Source of the DNA: a virus
Lineage: Duplodnaviria; Heunggongvirae; Uroviricota; Caudoviricetes
Virus record (IMG/VR): IMGVR_UViG_3300031088_000735
Length of the DNA: 64,000 nucleotides
Strand: one strand, 5' to 3'
Shown: in pieces, positions 9,331 to 19,159 of the stretch
Layout of the letters: each line of letters opens with the position of its first letter
Position numbering within the stretch: position 1 is the first letter of the stretch
Position numbers and translations under genes: made by a program
Notes under the pieces: model-generated
The model's database searches: none
What the model was told of the DNA's origin: nothing
The model's input: the letters and a program-made list of their open reading frames with translations, nothing else

Positions 9331-10409
9331 TCATCTCTATCATGGTGAGTATTACAACTTGGACATGTCCAAGCTCTAACACTTAATCCTATTGTAGCAA
9401 ACTTATAATGACATTTTGAACATAGTTTTGTTGATGGATAAAATTTATCAGCCTTTACTATGTTTGATTCATATAACTTAGCTTTATATTGTAGTTGTCT
9501 TGAGAATTCATAAAGCCCTGCATCAAGAATAGACTTTGATAAATGTCTATTCTTGGACATAGCTTTTATATCAAGTGTTTCAATACCAATGATAGAGTAA
9601 TTATTCGTTAAAAAGTGAGTAAGTTTATGCAAATAATCTTTCCGAATATTAGCAATTCGAGAATGTAACTTAGCCAAAATAATTCTTGCTTTATAACGAT
9701 TTTTAGAACCTTTTTGTTTTCGAGACAGTTGTCTCGAAAGAACTTTGATTCTGTTTTGCAATATTCGATAAGGCTTAAGCGTTGGAGCATTCCAATGCTT
9801 AGAACCATCAAAAAAAGTTGCAAATGATTTAATGCCAAGATCTATACCAATAGCGTGATTTTTGCTATGAACAATGGATTCTTGTTCTACTTCGATAGAA
9901 AGAGAAACGAACCATTTACCTGCAGTTCTAGATAGAACAGCAGTTTTGATAGAACCATTAAAACGTAATGACTCTTTCATTTTAATAGGTTTTAACTTAG
10001 GTATTATCAAATAACGACCTTCTATTTTCAATTGGTCGTTACCAATTTCAAATGAATCATGGTGATATTTATTTTTGAATTTAGGGAATTGAGCACGTTT
10101 GGCAAAGAAATTGACAAACGCAGCACCTAAGTTTTTTATGGCTTGTTGTGGTGCGTATTTAGATACGTCATACATCCAAGGAAATTGTTGTTTTTTAATG
10201 GAATTAAGACGTTTTCGTAGTTCACCTTCGTAACGTGATGAAGAAGGTGAGACAGAACAAGCAAAAGGATATTTTTGATAAGCCTCATAATCATCTTTCC
10301 ATTGAGATAAAGCCCAATTATAAGCAAATCGTGCTGTACCAGCAGATTGGCTTAAATAAGTAAGTTGAGACTTACTGGGCTTTAATTCAATTTTATGAGA
10401 TTTGAGCAT
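9261..10409 (-). CDS. tnpB: RNA-guided endonuclease TnpB
   Basis: N-terminal HTH (GTARFAYNWAL), RuvC motifs IGIDLG / IGIETL / DRDENAS, zinc ribbon CSKC...CPSC. Confidence 0.95.
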   Translation of the reverse strand: MLKSHKIELKPSKSQLTYLSQSAGTARFAYNWALSQWKDDYEAYQKYPFACSVSPSSSRYEGELRKRLNSIKKQQFPWMYDVSKYAPQQAIKNLGAAFVNFFAKRAQFPKFKNKYHHDSFEIGNDQLKIEGRYLIIPKLKPIKMKESLRFNGSIKTAVLSRTAGKWFVSLSIEVEQESIVHSKNHAIGIDLGIKSFATFFDGSKHWNAPTLKPYRILQNRIKVLSRQLSRKQKGSKNRYKARIILAKLHSRIANIRKDYLHKLTHFLTNNYSIIGIETLDIKAMSKNRHLSKSILDAGLYEFSRQLQYKAKLYESNIVKADKFYPSTKLCSKCHYKFATIGLSVRAWTCPSCNTHHDRDENASKNLYDYAVSSTVKACEEMV

Positions 10410-10618
10410 GAATAATCCTATTTAATTGAGCAAATTATAGGATTTAAAAGAATAAAGTCAAGAGCAAAAAAAAGTAAATGATCAGGTTTGAACAGAGAAT
10501 TGATGTACAGTTAGAAACCCCTTGAAAAAAGACGAAAAATAATTAATTTTAGATTGATTTAAAAACTGGTTTTTGCTAAAATAGCTTCATCAACTCAATG
10601 ACATAAAGGATACACATC

Positions 10619-10954
10619 ATGGCCCAAGCTAAAAACCTGCCTAACCTGCCAGTCAAAAAATACGCACTGGCTCTCTGCAGCAAAAACGTATGGGGTGTTG
10701 TCACCTCCGATGAACCTAAAGAAATTGTTTTCACCGATGGCTCCAAAAGTGTTTGTCACACTGGCATTGCCTGCCGTGGCACTGTTATTGCCGGTTGGGG
10801 TGCTCTGGAAGGCACTACTGTCATCAAAAAAGAAGGTGACTTGTGGGCTTCTCGTAATCCGCACGTTGTTGCTCACTTGGGTGACATGGAAGGCTTTACA
10901 CTGGACGAAATCCTCGCATTCGCACGCCACAAACTGTCGGCTATGAACCTGTAA
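10619..10954 (+). CDS. hypothetical protein
   Basis: AAGGA SD, strongly biased codons, UUCG terminator. Confidence 0.8.
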   Translation: MAQAKNLPNLPVKKYALALCSKNVWGVVTSDEPKEIVFTDGSKSVCHTGIACRGTVIAGWGALEGTTVIKKEGDLWASRNPHVVAHLGDMEGFTLDEILAFARHKLSAMNL

Positions 10955-11052
10955 CAAGGTTTAATGTCTAACAAGGCCACCTTCGGGTGGCTTTTTTGTT
11001 TACTGCTCGTTTTTATTGTGGTATAATCCATTATCTTTTAGAGGTATTGATC

Positions 11053-11697
11053 ATGAGTCTTGCACCAGCAGAAATCAACATTAAAAATCACATTATCAAA
11101 TACCCTGATTTGTTTCAGAGTCGTATGGATGTGTTGAAATTCGTTCTTGTTCGTGATCCTGAATCTTGTTGGGGTGAAGATGGCACGGTGTATTCACGAA
11201 ATATCTCCAGAGACGATACGCCAAACGCGAAAATAAGCACAGATTATCTTGGTACTAATCCACCAGAACTGGCGGCTATTTATCAAAAGTTTGTTACACC
11301 ACAGCAAGTTTATCGAGAACTTGAATTAGCTAAATATCAGGTGATGGAAAAACACTTTGATATTTTGGTTAAAACTGGGTTGCAGACTGACAAGGGCTTT
11401 ACATCAAGTGATGTCCGCTCCATTAACGAATACTCTAAGATCTTCAAAGTTCCTGATAATGTGGAAGCCAGTTGGCTGGCTGCTGTTAGAGAGGTTTTGC
11501 AGTCTGCTATTATTGCGACCAAAGAAGAATATCTCAAACATGGGTGTGACGGCTCTCAGGTTGATCACTGGGTCTATCCGTTCATTTTTGAAACCTACCA
11601 AAAGCTGATGGCTGAACAAAAACGTTTCATGCCAAAACTTAACATTTCACCTGAAACCGCCGAAAAACTTCGTCAACTCAAAGGATTACTTGGTTAA
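11053..11697 (+). CDS. hypothetical protein
   Basis: start reassigned to ATG 11053 (GAGGT SD, TGGTATAAT promoter). Confidence 0.8.
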   Translation: MSLAPAEINIKNHIIKYPDLFQSRMDVLKFVLVRDPESCWGEDGTVYSRNISRDDTPNAKISTDYLGTNPPELAAIYQKFVTPQQVYRELELAKYQVMEKHFDILVKTGLQTDKGFTSSDVRSINEYSKIFKVPDNVEASWLAAVREVLQSAIIATKEEYLKHGCDGSQVDHWVYPFIFETYQKLMAEQKRFMPKLNISPETAEKLRQLKGLLG

Positions 11698-11761
11698 AAA
11701 GCTTGCTCAAAAACAAGGTTTATTGTATAATGGCTCTACACAAACAGTCAGGACAATTATC

Positions 11762-12037
11762 ATGATTACTGCAGCCTACTTGAAACGTCCAGTGGTCAAC
11801 ATGAAAATTCGCCAAGCCGTGGTAGAAGCCAAAGCTGCAGCTATTGATACAGATGGTCATGGGCGTGCTTACATCACTGACTATGAGGATAATAACATCA
11901 TGCGTCTGGATGTATTCATGCCGGGTAATCATGACCTGTTCCCACAAGGTGGTGTCATCGTCTACGGTGCAGAATCCAAACAAATTACCGATTTGGTTGA
12001 ATCTTCCATTGATTGTAAGTTGGTGGATCTGATTTAA
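11762..12037 (+). CDS. hypothetical protein
   Basis: start reassigned after AGGA SD and promoter. Confidence 0.7.
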   Translation: MITAAYLKRPVVNMKIRQAVVEAKAAAIDTDGHGRAYITDYEDNNIMRLDVFMPGNHDLFPQGGVIVYGAESKQITDLVESSIDCKLVDLI

Positions 12038-12198
12038 CTCATAGTTTCATTTTTTAACTAAAAGAGCCTTCATGGCTCTTTTTTATTGTCCTTTTTTTTA
12101 TAAAAAAAAAATGGTTAAATCAAAAAATAATATCACCAATTATTTGATTAATTGTTTATTTAAGTTATATTTTTTATGTATTTAATATTAGGTGATTA

Positions 12199-12810
12199 AT
12201 GAATATATATAATAAAAAATTAGCTGGTGAAACTGTTATTGTTATGATCATGTTTTTTGGGATTATTGCTCTTATTTGTATGGCAACACTTGTGGCTTAT
12301 TCGTCAGCAGCAGATTCAGTTCGTAAATCTAATATTAATTATTTAGGTCTTGTCTATCACCTAAGCTTATCTCATCATGCTGATGATTTAATGATTATTG
12401 ACAATAAAACCGCATTAACCATTCAAAATGATGTTATCAAAACTTTAGATTGTTCAAAAGACTATTGTTTGCCTTTGAAACAAAAATTAGTTTCAGGAGC
12501 CTTTATTGAAATCAGTTACCTTAATAATAAATTAGATTATCTAAAAATATATTCTCATAAAATATCTTCAATATTTTTAGCAAATTTAAGAACTAACCCC
12601 TATCCACCAAGCTTATTTGATAAAGAATTGTTGGTAAGCAAATATGACGCCGAAGAGAATCCAGCATTTTCAAATGTCTTTAATATCATGGATAATGTAA
12701 CTCATGAATATTACAACGAGAACGACTTAAAAACAATTATTTCAGCAGAAGATTGTCAATCCATTGGCTTGAAATGTCTGGATGTTTTGCATTATCAAAT
12801 CAAGAAATGA
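12199..12810 (+). CDS. AT-rich N-terminal-TM protein, paralog of prepilin-like 14797
   Basis: KKLAG + hydrophobic helix; shared LDC.K..C.P motif. Confidence 0.7.
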   Translation: MNIYNKKLAGETVIVMIMFFGIIALICMATLVAYSSAADSVRKSNINYLGLVYHLSLSHHADDLMIIDNKTALTIQNDVIKTLDCSKDYCLPLKQKLVSGAFIEISYLNNKLDYLKIYSHKISSIFLANLRTNPYPPSLFDKELLVSKYDAEENPAFSNVFNIMDNVTHEYYNENDLKTIISAEDCQSIGLKCLDVLHYQIKK

Positions 12811-12839
12811 CTGTATTTGTGGAGTCTTAAAGTTAATTA

Positions 12840-12867
12840 TTGACAAAAAACTCATTTTTGATATAAT
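12840..12867 (+). promoter_or_regulatory. sigma70-type promoter
   Basis: TTGACA-AAAAACTCATTTTTGA-TATAAT. Confidence 0.85.
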
Positions 12868-12896
12868 TGAGCCACTACTTAATGAGGTAATCTTTC

Positions 12897-13295
12897 ATGA
12901 AATCGGCTGCTAGTATTCTTTCGCAAATTTTTTTGAGCACTTCGTTGATTGAAATTGAGCATAAACGTATTCTTGATTTGTGTGATCTCATGTCCAAGAC
13001 CATCGCCAAAGATTACCCACTAGAATCACTGGTTGGTAACATGTCAGTTTACCATAAATCCAGTTTTGGAAATGATGTCAGTCCAGCTACTGTTTTTCAT
13101 GAATGTGATATTGCCTATTTTAGCAGATTGTCTCCTTATGCTTTCAAAAAAGGTGTTGATCTTAACAGTTTTATGAAAACAGGCGTTTTCAATAATTCAT
13201 CTTACTATGTGCTTTATGTATCGCCTGATGGCTTGCGAGATACTTCGAAATTAGCTAATGAAACCTTTGCGGTTGAGTTGAAACCTGACCAATAA
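12897..13295 (+). CDS. hypothetical protein
   Basis: GAGGT SD, promoter, terminator. Confidence 0.8.
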   Translation: MKSAASILSQIFLSTSLIEIEHKRILDLCDLMSKTIAKDYPLESLVGNMSVYHKSSFGNDVSPATVFHECDIAYFSRLSPYAFKKGVDLNSFMKTGVFNNSSYYVLYVSPDGLRDTSKLANETFAVELKPDQ

Positions 13296-13400
13296 GATGT
13301 AAGAAAAAAGACCCTCCGTAGAGGGTTTTTTTTGTTCTCTTGTTTACAAAGAAACTGTTTTTTGCTATACTTCGTCTATCAAAAACCATAGAGCTAAATC

Positions 13401-13817
13401 ATGACCACGATTATCGTTAGCGACAAAATCAAATTTCCAGAAGGTCAAGAAAATAACCCTTGTGTGGGGTGTGGTGCATGTTGTGCCTATTACCGAGCTT
13501 CCTTCTACTGGCGGGAATGCGTATCTGGTAATGGGACAGTCCCTGATGATACCGTTGTTCAGATTACCCCACATCATGTTGCCATGAAAGGCACTGAAAG
13601 CTCCACAAACCCTTACTGTATCAACTTGACTGGCACTATTGGCAAAGATGCATTTTGTAGTGGTTATGCCACACGTTCATCGACCTGCCGTGATGGTTTC
13701 CCCGCCTCTTATGAAGATTGTGAAAAGAACGAACGGTGCGATAAAGCACGGGCCAAGCATGGCTTGCGAGAACTGACACCGGCTGATTGGGCTTGGAAGA
13801 ATGCTGTTACCGCTTAA
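13401..13817 (+). CDS. ykgJ: YkgJ-family cysteine-cluster (CxxCxxCC) protein
   Basis: NPCVGCGACCAYYRASFYWRE...CINLTGTIG...C..Y..RSSTCRD...RCDKARAKHGL. Confidence 0.85.
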   Translation: MTTIIVSDKIKFPEGQENNPCVGCGACCAYYRASFYWRECVSGNGTVPDDTVVQITPHHVAMKGTESSTNPYCINLTGTIGKDAFCSGYATRSSTCRDGFPASYEDCEKNERCDKARAKHGLRELTPADWAWKNAVTA

Positions 13818-13917
13818 CCGAAAATGAACTCAAACAAAAGGGGATGAAAAATCCCTTTTTTGTTGTTTTTGATTTAGTGGAATGGTATAATAACCCCATC
13901 ATAACGAGGATGAACCA

Positions 13918-14286
13918 ATGAAGACTTTGAACGAAGCAGAAATCAAAAATCAGTTGAAGGCTTGTGGTGTTGTCATCGAAAATATTTCTGTTGAATTGGC
14001 AAGCATCATTGCAGCCAGTGTAGCACCCGAACATGCAAAGGCTTTCTATGAAGCCAAAATTAATGCCATCCGCTTTGATTTGGCAGCAAAAGATGAAGAC
14101 TTCAACCCAAAAGATATTCAGTTGTCGTTCTCCCCGTTGTCGCGTTCGGTCATCGTCCACAATAACACACCTTTCATCGTTGATTACTCGCACAAACACG
14201 GCGTCTTCTTGATTTCGATGGATGGCGAAGATTTTGAAGACGTGAAAATCCAAGAATACCCAGTCATTGGCACAATCACCATTTGA
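13918..14286 (+). CDS. hypothetical protein
   Basis: GAGGA SD, promoter. Confidence 0.75.
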   Translation: MKTLNEAEIKNQLKACGVVIENISVELASIIAASVAPEHAKAFYEAKINAIRFDLAAKDEDFNPKDIQLSFSPLSRSVIVHNNTPFIVDYSHKHGVFLISMDGEDFEDVKIQEYPVIGTITI

Positions 14287-14295
14287 GGAATTAAT

Positions 14296-14679
14296 ATGAG
14301 CTTCGATGAGAGATCTTATGAAGATGAACAAATGGCTACGGTTGCCAAATGGGCCATTGGCTTAGTTGTAGCTGTTTTTGTAATCATGATTTATCAGTCC
14401 ATTGTGAATGGGTATTCCCCTACTGGCAAAAAGTCTGAAATCATGTCGGCGGAAGTTTTTCTAAACATCAAAGAAATGGGTAGCCATTTTAGTGTTTATG
14501 TTTCTGATAAAGAGTTTCATTCTGGTTTCAGTTGCCGTTCCGAACCCGTTAAGAAAAAAGCAGTTGTTTTTTACCGCATGACCGAAGTAAAAACATTTAC
14601 AGGAAAATATAAAATTGTTCCTGTTTTTGACGCCGACTTAAGTTGCAAAAGCATTGTGTCAAATGTTCAAGTTTCATAA
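14296..14679 (+). CDS. hypothetical membrane-anchored protein
   Basis: GAGGA SD, single N-terminal TM. Confidence 0.75.
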   Translation: MSFDERSYEDEQMATVAKWAIGLVVAVFVIMIYQSIVNGYSPTGKKSEIMSAEVFLNIKEMGSHFSVYVSDKEFHSGFSCRSEPVKKKAVVFYRMTEVKTFTGKYKIVPVFDADLSCKSIVSNVQVS

Positions 14680-14796
14680 TAGTTGATGTTTTATAAAAAG
14701 CCTCCTTCGTGGAGGTTTTTTATTGCTTGATTTTTTCATATTCTTTGTTATTCTTTTAGGATTATTTAAAAATAATCCATACAATAAGGAAATCAT

Positions 14797-15474
14797 ATGA
14801 AGATAAAGCAATTAAGAAAAATAAAAGGTGGCGTTACTTTATTAGAACCTATTTTGGCTATTGCATTCTTTGCAGTGATTATTATTGGTGCAATTACTTA
14901 CTATATTGCTGCTACTAAAAAAGCGAATCCTGATTTTATAGATATCATTAATTTTGGGAATTTATTAACTGAATCACATTCAGAAAATGATTTGATAACT
15001 TTAAATTACAATGAAATAATGCCTTTCCAGCAAGCCTTATTCAGCAAACTAGATTGTGTTAAGTTTATCTGTAAGCCTTTTTACTTGGTCAATTATCCAC
15101 CCAATACTTATTTGACAATACATTATAAGAATTCTAATTTTGATTCATTTAAACTTTATACAAAAGAAGATAGTTCTATCTTTAACTTTAATAACACTCC
15201 GTATAATGAATGGATTTCAGATAAAGATTATGATATTTTTCAAAAACAACAAGTAGCGTTAATTCAAAGAGAACAAAAACGTAATAAAGATATCAACCCT
15301 GCTATTGTTCAGTTAACGACGCTATTTAATAATGTTTCTATTTATAATGTTCTCGATAGCAATCGCTCTATTTTATTTAGTAGTTCATGTCCAGAAACAA
15401 CATGCACCAGTGTATTTGAATATAAAAATAAACCGTTTGATCCACAACTATCAGACAATAAAAAAGCCCTTTGA
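14797..15474 (+). CDS. prepilin-like (class III signal peptide) protein
   Basis: basic leader RKIKGG then VTLLEPILAIAFFAVII, Glu at +5. Confidence 0.6.
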   Translation: MKIKQLRKIKGGVTLLEPILAIAFFAVIIIGAITYYIAATKKANPDFIDIINFGNLLTESHSENDLITLNYNEIMPFQQALFSKLDCVKFICKPFYLVNYPPNTYLTIHYKNSNFDSFKLYTKEDSSIFNFNNTPYNEWISDKDYDIFQKQQVALIQREQKRNKDINPAIVQLTTLFNNVSIYNVLDSNRSILFSSSCPETTCTSVFEYKNKPFDPQLSDNKKAL

Positions 15475-15504
15475 GGGCTTTTCTTTTACTCTTTAAGAAG
15501 GTTG

Positions 15505-16209
15505 TTAAAGCTTTCCAGTATATTTCAACAATAAGGTGCTTCTAATCCCTAAAATCGCCTCATTACAAGCAATCTGACCTATTTCAATCATGTTTAACGC
15601 TTCTTCGCTGGTAAAGATCCCGACTTCAATGTCTTCATCATCAATACCATAGGATTTCGATTGATCAATGTCAGTTGAGTTGAAAGCACACAAATAGTGA
15701 TAATGCTTCTCACTTGATGATCCTGCACTGGTAAAGCCTGAACCAAGATTGATGAGATTTGATTCGTTGACCACTACCCCAGCTTCTTCTTCAGCTTCTC
15801 GGGCTGCAGCATCTCTGGGGTTTTCACGAACACCGTTTTTGATGTCGATGTGACCCGCTACCACACTCCACAAATAAGGATTGGTATCATATTCGTTAAT
15901 GGCTGCACCCGGCCTAAACTGACGGATCAACAGGAACGAATCTTTGTCTTTATCATATAGCGTCAGGCAAACAGCATCGGCTTTTTTCACAATGATAAAA
16001 TTCAACTCACCGCGATCTCCCCGGAACTTTTCAAATTCAAAATGCCTAAAACCTACTTGCATGAAGGGGTAGTTGATGTCGATCTTTTCATCCAGTAATT
16101 TATACGGTCTGTTCATAATAGTCTCCATTTCTTGCCATGTTAGCATAATATTATTAAAAAAGACATCCATTATTTGAGCATTATTCAGAATAAAGTGTTT
16201 GAACAACAA
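15505..16209 (-). CDS. Nudix hydrolase, ADP-ribose pyrophosphatase (NudF/NudK)-like
   Basis: LLIRQFRPG motif; Nudix box AGHID...ENPRDAAAREAEEEAG; start uncertain. Confidence 0.85.
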   Translation of the reverse strand: MLFKHFILNNAQIMDVFFNNIMLTWQEMETIMNRPYKLLDEKIDINYPFMQVGFRHFEFEKFRGDRGELNFIIVKKADAVCLTLYDKDKDSFLLIRQFRPGAAINEYDTNPYLWSVVAGHIDIKNGVRENPRDAAAREAEEEAGVVVNESNLINLGSGFTSAGSSSEKHYHYLCAFNSTDIDQSKSYGIDDEDIEVGIFTSEEALNMIEIGQIACNEAILGIRSTLLLKYTGKL

Positions 16210-16256
16210 TCTGTTTTTTGTTAAAATCTCCCTACATTCAAAGAGCGAGACATCTC

Positions 16257-16517
16257 ATGTCATTTTCCAAGAAATACACCGAAGCAGAATTGAAATGGGC
16301 GGAACAGTACAAAGGTGCTGTTATCCAAAACATCAAATACAGTGCTCCACGGCATGCACCCACCAATTTTCACTACTACGCCGAAATTCGTTTGGCTGAT
16401 GGTGAACTGATGTTGGCCGCTACGTTGGAGATGTGTGTTGAACGTCTGCAAACTGTTGCTGAATGTATCGCTTACTGGAAGCATTTTTCGGAAGTGATTG
16501 ACATTATCGCTCCGTAA
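16257..16517 (+). CDS. hypothetical protein
   Basis: start reassigned to ATG 16257 (MSFSKKY). Confidence 0.7.
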   Translation: MSFSKKYTEAELKWAEQYKGAVIQNIKYSAPRHAPTNFHYYAEIRLADGELMLAATLEMCVERLQTVAECIAYWKHFSEVIDIIAP

Positions 16518-16641
16518 CCAAATTGAAAATGCGTAAAACTAATTAGGCAGCTTCGGCTGCTTTTTTGTGTTTGTTTTGACAGGTGGGTCTTTAAACTTAT
16601 ATTTTCTATGGTATATTTTTATTATAATAAAGAGATAACAT

Positions 16642-17871
16642 ATGAAAAAGTATTTACCGTTATTAATCGCCAATTTTTTAATCACACCAACTCTTTTAGC
16701 AGACTACTCTGTTAGAATACCTCTTGAACAAAATATGTTTGCAGAACCAGAAAATTTGACACTTGATGGCAATGTTACTGCTAACAAAACATCAGTCAAC
16801 TTTGGTGAAAGTTTGTCGATATCTTGGGACTATGAAAAACTAACTTCTATTTTTATCCCCAATGCTGGCACTTTTAACAGCAACTCTGGGTCAGTTAATG
16901 TCGCTCCCAATAAGTCAGGTGCTATAAATGTTATCGTTAACAATCGTAGTAAATCTGAAACGGTTTCATTACCCATGAATGTTATATTTCCACCAGTAGA
17001 TATTGTCTCTTTTACATCTTCGGTTCGAGGTATTACAGTAGGTGAAAAAGTTAATCTTTCTTGGCAAGTTGATAATGCTGACTATGTAGAAATATCTCTA
17101 ATCAGTAATAACAATGCCTCAGTGCCTGTTGGTAGACAGCCTAATACTGGTAGTTTTGTTTCTAATGCGGGTGGTTTAGTGACAGGCGATATCATCTCCT
17201 ATCTTATGACCGCTTATTCTTTAGATGGTGAGAGCATTAAAACAGCTACAGTTAGTGTTCCAGTACGTGGTAACATGACATTAACAGCGTTCTCTATTAC
17301 AAACCCATTTGTTTCTGGACTTCCTGATGGTAGTGGTGGTATTGCTATTCCAGTCGGGGGAACATTAAACGCTACATGGTCAGGAACTAACATTAAAACA
17401 CTTGTGCTATCTGGTAGTGACACATCAAATCCTAATGGAACTCTTACTTTTACAAAATCTATGCCTAATCCAGATGTAAATAGTTATAATATTCCCATGA
17501 ATACGGTGGGTGATTGGAATATTAAAAGTGTTGTTGGAACAGGTTATAATGGATATCAAATTACCCCATATGTTGGATTCCGTCTTAGAGTTTATCAACC
17601 TACTCAGTTAAGTTCTTTCACTATTAATGGTTTATCAGACAGTGAAGTAACGCTTAAAAAAGGTAAAACATATCCAATAACTTGGGCAAGTAATTCCCCT
17701 CTTGTACAATATGTCTATACTGGTATCTATGGTGATAGTCCGTTGGCATCTAATGAACGTGCAACGGCTCAATATTTTGGTGATGTCGGTAATTATCGCA
17801 TTAAAATAGCAACTATTGATTACAATGGCGTTTCTGACATGAAAGAAATCCTTGTTCACATTATCAATTAA
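16642..17871 (+). CDS. large secreted beta-rich (Ig-like) protein
   Basis: signal peptide ending LLA-DYSVRIPLEQ; repeated V.LSW motifs; S/T/N-rich. Confidence 0.7.
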   Translation: MKKYLPLLIANFLITPTLLADYSVRIPLEQNMFAEPENLTLDGNVTANKTSVNFGESLSISWDYEKLTSIFIPNAGTFNSNSGSVNVAPNKSGAINVIVNNRSKSETVSLPMNVIFPPVDIVSFTSSVRGITVGEKVNLSWQVDNADYVEISLISNNNASVPVGRQPNTGSFVSNAGGLVTGDIISYLMTAYSLDGESIKTATVSVPVRGNMTLTAFSITNPFVSGLPDGSGGIAIPVGGTLNATWSGTNIKTLVLSGSDTSNPNGTLTFTKSMPNPDVNSYNIPMNTVGDWNIKSVVGTGYNGYQITPYVGFRLRVYQPTQLSSFTINGLSDSEVTLKKGKTYPITWASNSPLVQYVYTGIYGDSPLASNERATAQYFGDVGNYRIKIATIDYNGVSDMKEILVHIIN

Positions 17872-17936
17872 TCTTGATTTTATAATCAACTTTTGGTAAA
17901 ATAAGCCTACTTTAAAGACTTTCAAGGTTGATTACC

Positions 17937-18290
17937 ATGAACATTACTTACAGAACCGCCGTAGGAAAACATCAAATCATCGAATTTTGTCAGATTGCAA
18001 AAACTCATCGACTCTGCATTCCGGGGTGGAACCTGATTTGCGATTTGAACTCAGTTGTAAATGGCTACACCGATCCAGTTGAGGTTGAAATCAGCCTTGC
18101 TTACGATGGTGAAAAACCTGTTGCTATTGCTCTAAAACACCATTCTATTCTTCAATGCTTTGTTCGTGCGGCTTATCGCCGTAAAGGTATTGGCTCCGAA
18201 ATTATCAAAGCTCACACTCATCAAAAATGCAGAACCCTTTCGGGCACCAAACACAGTAAAGCCTTTTGGAAAAAGAACGCTGTTATTTGA
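17937..18290 (+). CDS. GNAT-family acetyltransferase-like
   Basis: motif A: FVRAAYRRKGIGSEII. Confidence 0.7.
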   Translation: MNITYRTAVGKHQIIEFCQIAKTHRLCIPGWNLICDLNSVVNGYTDPVEVEISLAYDGEKPVAIALKHHSILQCFVRAAYRRKGIGSEIIKAHTHQKCRTLSGTKHSKAFWKKNAVI

Positions 18291-18320
18291 TTTAAACTCA
18301 CTATTTAGAAGGATATACAC

Positions 18321-18500
18321 ATGATTCATAGACTGGTTCGTTTGATTATTTTGACTGTTTTTCTGTTTATTATTGGCACCTTTTGTGCTGTTGGTTATGG
18401 ACTCTATAAAGTAAGCAATGGCTTTGATTTCAGTCATGGCCTTTCTGGTGTGGTTCATTTTGTTTGGACAGGAAAACCGCTTCCACCCGATGCCGATTAA
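18321..18500 (+). CDS. small membrane protein (59 aa, not in ORF track)
   Basis: AAGGA SD; MIHRLVRLIILTVFLFIIGTFCAVGYG. Confidence 0.65.
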   Translation: MIHRLVRLIILTVFLFIIGTFCAVGYGLYKVSNGFDFSHGLSGVVHFVWTGKPLPPDAD

Positions 18501-18598
18501 TAGCTAATCATAAATTGTTACATTTAAACATAAATAAAGGGCTTCGGCCCTTTTCTTTTTCCTTAAATTTTGGTATAATTAGTCATCTTATTTTATAG

Positions 18599-19096
18599 GT
18601 GAACATGATGAAAAAGCCGTTCTGGTCCACTTATTGGTCTGAAATTAAGTCTGTTTTCATGCAAAACGTCTTGTTCATGTCGTTTTTGCTTGTGTTGGTG
18701 GTTACATCGCCAGCTAGCTACGCATTTCTGGCGTGGTATCATACCGAAGTCCCAGCCACATTGATTGCTCATGATCCAGTGGCTTATCCACATAAATATA
18801 AGCAAAAAGTTGAATATCGTTACTACGCGACCTTTCATTTTCCAGATATAGCAGCAAACAAAACCATTGAAATTGCTGAACGGACTCACTTCCATGCAAA
18901 ACCGGGTGATGTTTATCTGTTTGAGCGTAGCCATAAATTGCAAACAGGTGCTTATAATCTCTATTCTTTTATTGGCATCTTTCATTGCGTGATTACCGCT
19001 TTCGCTGCTGTTTTTCTGATTGGGCATTTCTTGGCGTTTACGAATAATCATTGGAGCGTCAAGAAAAAAGACACAAGCTATCCCTATCCCGATTGA
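18599..19096 (+). CDS. membrane protein (TM - beta domain - TM)
   Basis: AGGTG SD suggests ATG 18605/18608; two hydrophobic segments. Confidence 0.7.
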   Translation: MNMMKKPFWSTYWSEIKSVFMQNVLFMSFLLVLVVTSPASYAFLAWYHTEVPATLIAHDPVAYPHKYKQKVEYRYYATFHFPDIAANKTIEIAERTHFHAKPGDVYLFERSHKLQTGAYNLYSFIGIFHCVITAFAAVFLIGHFLAFTNNHWSVKKKDTSYPYPD

Positions 19097-19159
19097 AAAG
19101 TCTTGCTTAAAAAGCTTGTTTTTGGTATAATTATCCCATCAAGAGAAAAGGGGTTTCAC

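Larger units (their letters stand above)
9187..10519 (-). mobile_element. IS607-family (IS200/IS605 superfamily-related) non-autonomous element, TnpB only
   Basis: minus-strand right end ...TTTTAGAACGG; GG/CC at both junctions; inverted subterminal motif TCAAA(T/C)CTGATCAT at 9205-9218 and 10478-10491; removal restores an in-frame host gene end. Confidence 0.75.
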
